Source: Planctomycetota bacterium
Lineage (GTDB): Bacteria > Planctomycetota > SZUA-567 > H5-PLA8
DNA: 64,000 nt
Direction of reading: 5' to 3'
Assembly: GCA_045863855.1 (NCBI GenBank)
Contig: BTVV01000012.1
Location: 23,330-87,329 of the forward strand
Positions 56,445-64,000 of this stretch are shown piece after piece; the first letter of the stretch is position 1, and each line of letters begins with the position of its first letter. The position numbers were made by a program, and so were the translations under genes. The notes beneath the pieces were generated by a model, which did no database searches, was not told the origin of the DNA, and saw only the letters and a list, made by a program, of their open reading frames with translations.

Positions 56445-57938
56445 ATGAACCTGCTCTGCGCCCTGCTGTTCGTCCTGCTCGCCGCCACGGCTTACGCCGC
56501 CGAACCGGTCTGGATCGAAGGCAGCACCGAGCCGCTCCTCCAACTCACCGGAGAAAAAGCGCAGTACCAGGCCCACGGCAAATCAACCGCCCCTCGCACC
56601 CGCAACGCGACCCTGACCGCCCTCGGGCTCGCCGGATCCGACCTCGGCGTCCCCGTCGCCTTCCCCAGCAAAATCGTCCTCGTCTTCGGCGACTCCTGGG
56701 GCTTCCGCCAGGACGGCGAACGCCGCTGGGTCTGGACGCCCGGCTGGGGCAAAGACGACAGCATGGCGTATTTCGACCGGCCCGTCGACTTCGGAGCCTG
56801 CCGGACCATCACCGATTTCGACCGAAAATTGAGCACTCAAAACGAGCCCGTCGAGCCCGATTATTCGAGCGCTCCAGAGCTTAAATTCTTCGTCAAGCCC
56901 GACCCTGGCGCGCCGTTCCCGCGCTTCGCCCCCACGCGTATCGCCAACCTGCGGCCCGGCCAGGGGCTCGGCGAATTCGAGGTGCCCACAGGAGCCTTCG
57001 CGCTCGACGACAAACTCTACGTCTTCTACAACGTCAAGCACCAGCAACAGACCGAGCCCGGCGGGAAGCGCACCGTATACTTCCTCAATTCGATCCTCGC
57101 CCGCGCCGACGGGCCCAGCGCCGCTTGGACGGCCTCGTCCCCGCCGCTGCTCAAGCGCCTGTACGACGTTTCCGAGCATCCCGCACTCGCCGACGTCCAC
57201 GCGCCGCCCGACGATACGCGCGGCCCGGGCAAGTTCATCCACGTCGCCCCCGTGGTCCTCGATGCCCCGGCCCTCGGAAAGATCGGCATCCGCGAACGGC
57301 TTCCCGAACCCCTTCGCAACTCCGAACGACTTGTTTTTATGTGGGGAAGCTCATGGAAATACGTTCGAAGCGATCTCTATTTAGCCGTCGTGGACGCCAA
57401 GGATATCGATGCAATAATCGACGGCGAACGCGACGCCTCCAAATGGTGGTACTGCTCCGGAATCGACGGCGGAAACCCCGCCTGGACCCACGACGAAACC
57501 GCCGCCGCCCCGCTCATCGGAAATTGGAGCCCCTCCGCCGAACCCTGCCTCGGAGAACATTCCGTCGTCTGGAACCCCGTCCTCGGGCGCTTCCTGCTCG
57601 CCTACCAGGAACAGTACACCAGCATCCGGATGCGCACCGCGGCCGCTCCGTGGGGGCCTTGGTCGGCGCCCGTACGCGTCTTCGGCAAAGGCGATCCCCT
57701 GGCGCTCAAGTTCATCCGCCACGAGGGCAAGAACACGATCACCAACAACCCCGTCGAAACCTTCCGCCCCGACGGCAAGCCCTTCCTCGTCCCCGACAAG
57801 CACGGCGCCACCTACGGACCCTACTTGTTCGAAGAATGTACCCGCGGCTCCGACGGACGCGTGAATCTGTACTTCACCATGAGTTGCTGGAATCCCTACC
57901 AGGTCTTTCTCATGAAGACATCCTTCAAGGTCGAGTAG
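56445..57938 (+). CDS. Secreted DUF4185 family protein (beta-propeller glycoside hydrolase-like)
   Basis: Signal peptide, GSDLG, VFGDS, EVPTG, GEHSVVWNPVLGRFL, APWGPWS, YGPY, LYFTMSCWNPYQVFLM. Confidence 0.8.
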   Translation: MNLLCALLFVLLAATAYAAEPVWIEGSTEPLLQLTGEKAQYQAHGKSTAPRTRNATLTALGLAGSDLGVPVAFPSKIVLVFGDSWGFRQDGERRWVWTPGWGKDDSMAYFDRPVDFGACRTITDFDRKLSTQNEPVEPDYSSAPELKFFVKPDPGAPFPRFAPTRIANLRPGQGLGEFEVPTGAFALDDKLYVFYNVKHQQQTEPGGKRTVYFLNSILARADGPSAAWTASSPPLLKRLYDVSEHPALADVHAPPDDTRGPGKFIHVAPVVLDAPALGKIGIRERLPEPLRNSERLVFMWGSSWKYVRSDLYLAVVDAKDIDAIIDGERDASKWWYCSGIDGGNPAWTHDETAAAPLIGNWSPSAEPCLGEHSVVWNPVLGRFLLAYQEQYTSIRMRTAAAPWGPWSAPVRVFGKGDPLALKFIRHEGKNTITNNPVETFRPDGKPFLVPDKHGATYGPYLFEECTRGSDGRVNLYFTMSCWNPYQVFLMKTSFKVE

Positions 57939-58008
57939 CCGGATCGCCGCGATCCGGTGGTAAGGCTTGCGTTGCGGTCGTCTCCGTTCAACCCCACTCG
58001 AGGTTCCC

Positions 58009-59562
58009 ATGCCTGCACTCGAATGCCTCCAGCACGACGCATGGACGCGCCAAACCGCGCACCGCTGGTGCGCCCTCCGCCTCGCCCTTGCGCTCATCCT
58101 GGCCCTCGCCTTCGCCACCCTTCGCGCCGCCGCCGGCGAAGCCCCTGCCCGCAAGCCCAACATCGTCGTCCTCGTCGCCGACGACCTCGGCTACCGCGAC
58201 ACCGGCTTCCAGGGCGGCGAAATCGCCACCCCCAACCTCGACGCCCTCGCGCAAGCCGGGGCCATACTCGATCGGTTCTACGTCGCGCCGCTCTGCACCC
58301 CCACGCGCGCCTGCTTCCTCACCGGCCGCTACCCCATGCGCCAAGGTCTCCAGACCCTCGTCATCTTCCCATGGGCGCAATACGGCCTCCCGCTCGAAGA
58401 ACGCACTCTGCCCCAGGCGCTCCAGGAAGCCGGCTACACCACCGCGATCGTCGGGAAGTGGCACCTCGGCCATGCGCGCAAAGCGTATCTGCCCCGCCAG
58501 CGCGGCTTCGACTCCCAGTACGGGCTCTACAACGGAGCCATCGGCTACTTCAACCGCCGCTGTCAGGGAGTGCTTGACTGGCACCGCGACGAGGCCTCGC
58601 TCGACGAAACCGGATACAGCACCGAACTTCTCGGCAACGAAGCCGTCCGCGTGCTGGAACGCCACGACTTCGCCAAACCGCTCTTCCTCTACGTGCCCTT
58701 CAACGCGCCGCACGCGCCCAGCCAGGTTCCGCCCGGCTTCAAAGAGCCCTACGCGAACCTCCCCGAGCCTCGCCGCACGTACGCAGGCATGGTCGCCTGC
58801 ATGGATCTGCAGGTCGGGCGGATCGCCGCGAAGCTGCGGGAACGCGAAGCGGCCGGGAACACGATCGTCCTGTTCTTCAGCGACAACGGCGGGCTCGCCC
58901 GCGACGGCGCCAGCAACGGAAACCTCCGCGGCGGAAAGGGTATGCTTTACGAAGGCGGCGTCCGCGTCCCCGCATTCGCCGTCTGGCCCGCACGCCTCCC
59001 CGCCGGGCGCATCGTCAAAGAACCGCTACACGTCAGCGACTGGTACCCGACGCTCTTGAACCTCGCCGGCGCGCCGCTCGCACAGCAACTTCCGATCGAC
59101 GGCGTGGATATCTGGCCTGTCCTGGCCGAAGGCGCCCCGCGCGCGAGCCGCGAGATCCTGCTCAACGTCACGCCGCGCAGCGGAGCGCTCCGCATCGGCG
59201 ACTGGAAGATCGTCCGCAACGGAAGCGCGGTCGTCGAAGACCTCAAACGCCTAGGCACCAAAGAGCAGCGCGCGCAAGCCCGCGGGCGCAAGTCCGCGCA
59301 GACCGGCGATCCCGCCGCCGCGGAGGCCGAACCCGAGAGGGAATCCGAAGCCGCGGACGACGAGATCCCGCGCGACGTCTACGAACTCTTTAACCTCGCC
59401 GACGATCCCCGCGAACGCCGCGACCGCGCCGCCGATGAACCCGCGAAATGGGCCGAATTGAAAGCCCGCCTAGAAGCCCTCGCCGCCCAAGCCGCCGCGC
59501 CACTCAGTCAACCCGAACCGCCCGGCTTCATTCCTCCGCCGAACTGGGAACCCGCCGAGTAA
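58009..59562 (+). CDS. Secreted arylsulfatase (arylsulfatase B-like)
   Basis: Signal/TM segment, PNIVVLVADDLG, CTPTRACFLTGRYP, GKWHLG, NAPHAP, SDNGG, YEGGVRVP. Confidence 0.93.
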   Translation: MPALECLQHDAWTRQTAHRWCALRLALALILALAFATLRAAAGEAPARKPNIVVLVADDLGYRDTGFQGGEIATPNLDALAQAGAILDRFYVAPLCTPTRACFLTGRYPMRQGLQTLVIFPWAQYGLPLEERTLPQALQEAGYTTAIVGKWHLGHARKAYLPRQRGFDSQYGLYNGAIGYFNRRCQGVLDWHRDEASLDETGYSTELLGNEAVRVLERHDFAKPLFLYVPFNAPHAPSQVPPGFKEPYANLPEPRRTYAGMVACMDLQVGRIAAKLREREAAGNTIVLFFSDNGGLARDGASNGNLRGGKGMLYEGGVRVPAFAVWPARLPAGRIVKEPLHVSDWYPTLLNLAGAPLAQQLPIDGVDIWPVLAEGAPRASREILLNVTPRSGALRIGDWKIVRNGSAVVEDLKRLGTKEQRAQARGRKSAQTGDPAAAEAEPERESEAADDEIPRDVYELFNLADDPRERRDRAADEPAKWAELKARLEALAAQAAAPLSQPEPPGFIPPPNWEPAE

Positions 59563-59690
59563 CCGCAGTCGAAGTGGCCGTTCTCTCCCCCTTCGCAAGG
59601 GGATCTAAGAGGGGGTGCCGTGCCGTTGCAGTCGCAGTTGAAGTTTTCTCCCCCTTAGCAAGGGGGAGTTAGAGGGGGTGCCCTGCCCTG
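59563..59690 (+). repeat. REP-like palindromic repeat, two tandem copies
   Basis: Cores at 59585-59605 (degenerate) and 59648-59668 (perfect); 63-nt period. Confidence 0.85.
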
Positions 59691-59958
59691 CTTCGTCGCA
59701 CGAACAGTCCGTCGAAAATTCCTGCCAGACCCGCGCCCCACCCGCGTTAACCCCTCGGACGGCGGGCTCACGCCTCCGTCCGCCACCTCGGCGCGGCCGC
59801 CGTCCGCGCGCGCCGAGCGCCACTCCTTCCCGGACGGCTGCAGGGTCGGCAACCGACGTCCAGGGCTTCCGCGCCGCATCCCTTTATAGGTTGCGAACGC
59901 GGTCGCGTGTCCGCCGCGCGCACCTTCCACGCGCGCGGCCTGGGAGGGTCTTGCCGCC

Positions 59959-62900
59959 ATGCGATTCGTCGCTCGCCGTCTCGCCGTGCTCTTGCTCGCG
60001 CCATTCTTCCTCGATGGCGTACCGCTCGCCGCGCAGGACGATTACGTCTACGCCCAGCGGCTCCTCGAAACCCACGCCGAAGACCTCGACGCGCCCAGCC
60101 TCGTCCGGCGGCTGGCCGCACGCCTCGAATCCGCCCGCGATCCGCGCCGCACGCTCACCGCCCGGTTGCTCCGCGCCATGGCCTGCCGGACCGACGCGCG
60201 ACGCGCCACCCCCGCGCGGCGCCAGGAACTCCTCGCCGAAGCCGAGGCGCACTACCAGGCCTTCCTCGCCGGCGGCGCGAACCATCCCGATCTCGCCCGC
60301 GCGCGAGCCGACACGGAAACCCTGCAGCTCGATTTCGCTCGCGCTCAAGCCCAGGCCGCCGCCGCGGACCCCGCCCAAGCGGCCGAACTGGGCAGGCAGG
60401 CCGCCCAGCGCCTCCTCGAAAAAGCCGATACCCACCGCATCGCGGCCGAACGCCTCCGCGTCCCGCTCAAGGCCGCCTTCGCCGATCCCGACCTCGAAAG
60501 CGAGGACGACGCCAAACGTGCGCGCGTCTTGCAGCGCATCCAGGCCGCGCTGGAACCGTACCTGGAGCACGAACGCCCGCATCTCACGCTGCGCCTCGAA
60601 GCGCTCGCCGCCATGCCCACCGGACCGGAACGCGCCGCCGCCGCGCGCGCGCTGATCGCGCATCTGCAAGCCCAACTCGACTCCGAAGACCTCGGCCTCC
60701 TCGACGATCTCTGCGCCTGGTTGCAGTACGCGAAGGGCCGCACGCACGCGCTCATTCAGGACGAAGACGCCGCCGCAGCCGCGTGGCACGAAGCGCTGGG
60801 CTACGAGATGGGCGGCGCGCCTGCCGAGGCCCGCGCCGCCGCGCTCGAAATCCGCAAAGCCATCCTGCGCGACTACGTCGCCATGCACGAACGCTCGGCC
60901 TCGCCCGCGCGCTTCGAGAAGATCGTCGAAATCGTCTCGGGAGCGGTGGACCACCCCGGCCATCCGGATCTCCAGCGCCTGCGCTGCGAACCCGAGGGCA
61001 AGCTCCTGCGCATCGCCCGCGCCCGCGCGTGGCCCCACGTGCCCGAAGCCGGTACCGAAGAATTCGAACGCGCCCTGCGCGATCTGCACGCCATCGTCCG
61101 CTACGGCCCGCCTTGGTCGCGTAACGCCGCCCAAGCCATGGCCGAACTCGCCGCCTTGGCCGCGCAGCGCCGCCTGCGCCCGAACCTCGCGCCCGCCGTC
61201 TGGCTCGGAGCGGCCCACGGCGCCTGGCTCGACGGCCACGCCGCGGCCCAGCGCGCCCGCGAACTCGGCCCCGCCGAGACCCCCGAAGCACGGGCCGTGC
61301 GCGAAACCGAACGCGCCTCGTTCGAACGCGCCGTCGCGCTTTACCGCAAAGCCATCTCCACCGCCCGCGGCGGACCCCACGCCAGCCCCGCCGAACGCCT
61401 GCTCGTCGAACCCCGCGCCTGGAGCGAAATGAGCGACGCGCACCTGCGCCTCGACGAACCCCTCGAAACGTACCTCGCCGCGCAAGCGCTGCGGGATTTC
61501 TTCGCGCCCGACCGCCGCGCCCGCTGGCTCCCCGATCCGAAGCGCGATCCGAAGTTCTACGCCCGAACCGAGATCGCCGCCGCGCTCGCCGCGCTCGATG
61601 CTCCCGCCGGACACGAACCCGGGCGCGAAGGCTGGCTCGCCCGCGCTGCAAACGCCGCGCATTTCGCCCTCGGCCGATTGCAGCGCGCCGATCCCCACCT
61701 CTACCTGCGCCTGCAGGAAGGCCAAGCCCAGCCCAACGCCTGCGCCCGCGCCGCGATCCTGCTCGACGACGCCCGCCGCCTGTACGCTGCCGCCCGCGCC
61801 GCCGAATCGCCCGATGCAGCGCTCGCCCGAGCGCGCGATGCCTTCCTCAAAGCCGAAACCGCGGCGCTCGGCTTCCAGTCCCTCGCGGCCGGCGATCCGC
61901 AACTTGAAACAGCGCTCTACCAGGCCGGCGCCGCCTGGGCCTTGGCCGCGCAACTGGCCGCCGAAGCGCCGCTCAAGCACGCGCCCGAAGCCGCGCGCGA
62001 ACGCGCCTGCGCCGAACAGGCACTCGCCCGCTGGGAAGCCTACGAGTCGCACCTCCGCGCGCACCCCGAGCAGGACGACCGTGCGCTCGCGCGCCGGACC
62101 GAACGCGCGCGCGCCATCGCGCTCCAGCGGTTGCTGCTGCATCACCAAGGCCGCGACTGGGACCGCGTCCTCGAAGCCGCCGCCGCGTATACGGCGCTTG
62201 CCCCCGCCGCCGATCCCAACGCCGCGCTCGTGGCGCTCCGTAGCGTGCAAGCCTTGGCCGCGCGGGCCGAAGGCCTCCCCGCGCCCGAAGCCGCCCAGCG
62301 CCTCGGAACCGCCGAAGCGCTCCTCGGCCGCCTCGCCGCGCAGCCCGCGCACCTGAGTTTCGCGCGCCGCACGCTCGCCGCGCGCTACGCCGCCCTCGCC
62401 GCCGACTCCGCCTGCGAACCCGAAGAACGCCGCGCCTGGCACGGCCGCGCCGCCGATCTCTTCGCCGCCGATCTCGCCGCGCAGGAAGCCCCGCCGCTCG
62501 AAACCGCCGCGCGCCTCCTGCCGCTCCTCCAAGCCGCCGGCCGCCCGCGCGATGCCGCCGCCCACGCCCTGCGCCTCCTCGAACGCCACGACCCCAACCG
62601 CCGCAACGCCGGCATCGATGACGAAGCGTGGCCCGCGCTCCTCGAAGCCATGCAAAGCGTACTGCGCTTCGAAGACCGCGAACGCTGGAAGCGCTGCCGC
62701 CAGGATCACGCCGTGTTGATCGATTGGCTCTACGAAACCCGCGAAGGCGCCGCGAACGGGGACGATCCCAGCCTCCGGCCCGCCCACGACAAGCGGCCCG
62801 TCGATTACGAACGAGCGCTGGAACAACTCGCCAGCATCCGCCGCAACTACCCCGACGCCGCCACCGTCGCCCCGCGCCGCGACGAAGAACGCTTCCGCGG

Positions 62901-63831
62901 CGCAAGCTGGCTCGACGCCGTCGCCGCCGAAATCGCGCTGCGCCGCACGCTCCTGAGCGTCCGCGAAGGCGCCGTCGATCTGGCCCTCGAAGCCGCGCAG
63001 GAAGAAGAAGCCGCAGGCCGCGCCGGCGAAGCCGCGCGGCTGCGCCAGGCCGCCGCCGATCAACTGGGGCTCCTGCTCGAAGCGCTCGGCGACATCCCCA
63101 GCCTGCGCCTGCGCCGAGCCGAAGCCCTCGCCGCCGGCGGAGCGATCCACGAAGCCATCGGCTTGCTCGAAGCCCTGCGCGCCGAATGGCCCGAACGCGA
63201 TTCCGCCTGGTACGTCCGCCTTTCGCGCCGCATCAGCGAACTGCATTTCGAGCGGCGCGCATTCGCCGCGGCCGCCGAATGGCCCGAACGCATGCGCATC
63301 GCCGGCGTCAACGCCGAATGGAAACGCAAGCACTGGCCCGATGTCGACGCCTTCCTCGAACGCTGCTACGCCGCCGGCGCCCCGCGCCCGCACGCACCGG
63401 CCCCCGCCGCGTCCGCCGCGCTCCCCGGCATACGCTCGCCCGACGAACAGGAACTCGACCGTTTGCGCACCATCGAACGCGCCGGCGCCGAGCACCCCGA
63501 AGTCCTTACCGATGAATTCCGCAACCGGCTCGCCTTCGTGGCGCGCAAGGTCGAACACCGCCAAGCCTTCGCCGCACTGGAGCGGACCGTGCTCGAAGCC
63601 CGAGCGCAAGGCCGCGAAGCCGAACTGCCCGAAGCGACGCGCCTCAAGCACCGCCTCGCCACCGATCTCGTCGCCGCCGAAGACGCGGCCTGGCGAACCG
63701 AACAGCGCTACCGCGCGCAGATTGCCCGCTCCGGCGGCGAACCCCAAGTGCCCGCAGCGATCCGCGCCGAACGCCAAGCTGCCTGGCAACGCGCCGCCGA
63801 GCTGGCCGCCGCCTTCGAAAAACTCGACTGA
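59959..63831 (+). CDS. Large secreted all-helical (TPR-like) Ala/Arg-rich protein
   Basis: Signal peptide (MRFVARRLAVLLLAPFFLDGVPLAA), 1290 aa with strong GC3 bias and TPR-like helical patterns. GGAGG upstream. Confidence 0.8.
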   Translation: MRFVARRLAVLLLAPFFLDGVPLAAQDDYVYAQRLLETHAEDLDAPSLVRRLAARLESARDPRRTLTARLLRAMACRTDARRATPARRQELLAEAEAHYQAFLAGGANHPDLARARADTETLQLDFARAQAQAAAADPAQAAELGRQAAQRLLEKADTHRIAAERLRVPLKAAFADPDLESEDDAKRARVLQRIQAALEPYLEHERPHLTLRLEALAAMPTGPERAAAARALIAHLQAQLDSEDLGLLDDLCAWLQYAKGRTHALIQDEDAAAAAWHEALGYEMGGAPAEARAAALEIRKAILRDYVAMHERSASPARFEKIVEIVSGAVDHPGHPDLQRLRCEPEGKLLRIARARAWPHVPEAGTEEFERALRDLHAIVRYGPPWSRNAAQAMAELAALAAQRRLRPNLAPAVWLGAAHGAWLDGHAAAQRARELGPAETPEARAVRETERASFERAVALYRKAISTARGGPHASPAERLLVEPRAWSEMSDAHLRLDEPLETYLAAQALRDFFAPDRRARWLPDPKRDPKFYARTEIAAALAALDAPAGHEPGREGWLARAANAAHFALGRLQRADPHLYLRLQEGQAQPNACARAAILLDDARRLYAAARAAESPDAALARARDAFLKAETAALGFQSLAAGDPQLETALYQAGAAWALAAQLAAEAPLKHAPEAARERACAEQALARWEAYESHLRAHPEQDDRALARRTERARAIALQRLLLHHQGRDWDRVLEAAAAYTALAPAADPNAALVALRSVQALAARAEGLPAPEAAQRLGTAEALLGRLAAQPAHLSFARRTLAARYAALAADSACEPEERRAWHGRAADLFAADLAAQEAPPLETAARLLPLLQAAGRPRDAAAHALRLLERHDPNRRNAGIDDEAWPALLEAMQSVLRFEDRERWKRCRQDHAVLIDWLYETREGAANGDDPSLRPAHDKRPVDYERALEQLASIRRNYPDAATVAPRRDEERFRGASWLDAVAAEIALRRTLLSVREGAVDLALEAAQEEEAAGRAGEAARLRQAAADQLGLLLEALGDIPSLRLRRAEALAAGGAIHEAIGLLEALRAEWPERDSAWYVRLSRRISELHFERRAFAAAAEWPERMRIAGVNAEWKRKHWPDVDAFLERCYAAGAPRPHAPAPAASAALPGIRSPDEQELDRLRTIERAGAEHPEVLTDEFRNRLAFVARKVEHRQAFAALERTVLEARAQGREAELPEATRLKHRLATDLVAAEDAAWRTEQRYRAQIARSGGEPQVPAAIRAERQAAWQRAAELAAAFEKLD

Positions 63832-63850
63832 CCCGCCCGCGCCCGCCCTT

Positions 63851-64000
63851 GTCGTAGCCGTTGCCGTAGTAGGGGTAGTCGAAGTTCTCTCCCCCTTAGC
63901 AAGGGGGAGTCAGAGGGGGTGCCGTGCCGTTGCAGTCGCAGTCAAAGTCGAAGTTTTCTCCCCCTTAGCAAGGGGGAGTTAGAGGGGGTGCCGTGCCGTT
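63851..64000 (+). repeat. REP-like palindromic repeat, at least two tandem copies (runs to the window end)
   Basis: Perfect cores at 63889-63909 and 63958-63978; 69-nt period. The sequence ends within another GCCGTT linker. Confidence 0.88.

Noticed and set aside
59884..63789. 1301-aa antisense ORF (likewise 8814-11792, 47145-49853, 25576-28503, 53-949)
   Set aside because: These are shadow ORFs expected in high-GC DNA, where TTA/CTA/TCA codons are rare. They show no motifs and overlap well-supported genes.
59563..64000. Tandem palindromic repeats as a CRISPR array
   Set aside because: The linkers are similar low-complexity hexamer runs rather than unique spacers, clusters have only 1-2 units, and there are no cas genes in the window.
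1..64000. Defence systems, prophage, transposases, secondary-metabolite cluster
   Set aside because: No recognisable nuclease, integrase, structural phage, DDE/HUH transposase or PKS/NRPS motifs. The AMP-ligase is stand-alone, with no carrier protein nearby.

Overview
High-GC, gene-dense bacterial chromosomal segment. The gene content (Hanks-type Ser/Thr kinases, FHA, DUF4388, sulfatases, PilM-PilN fusion, HEAT/TPR secreted proteins) suggests Planctomycetota or a related PVC lineage; this is inference. It holds about 48 CDSs. Housekeeping genes are sucC, sucD and ahcY. Others include a pilM-headed operon, three AraC regulators, two sulfatases, several hydrolases, ABC-2 exporter genes, a class III nucleotide cyclase with an apparent 1-nt frameshift, an active kinase plus a pseudokinase, and several zinc-ribbon/membrane proteins. 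I found no rRNA, intact tRNA, CRISPR array, prophage or transposase gene. The best candidate for an undescribed system is 20003-22169: a Cys-rich, signal-peptide-bearing leader ORF ending in PTPPPRG, a switch-like intergenic structure that can hide the next RBS and start codon, a CxxCxC/His-rich outer-membrane beta-barrel, and a His-rich secreted protein. This resembles CutF/CruR-type ribosome-stalling metal sensing. Other non-coding signals are five copies of a REP-like palindrome, a 170-bp MITE-like element, a tandem ACTTT-N7-AAAGT operator and a structured leader before the last gene. All family assignments come from motif recognition by eye, not from database searches.
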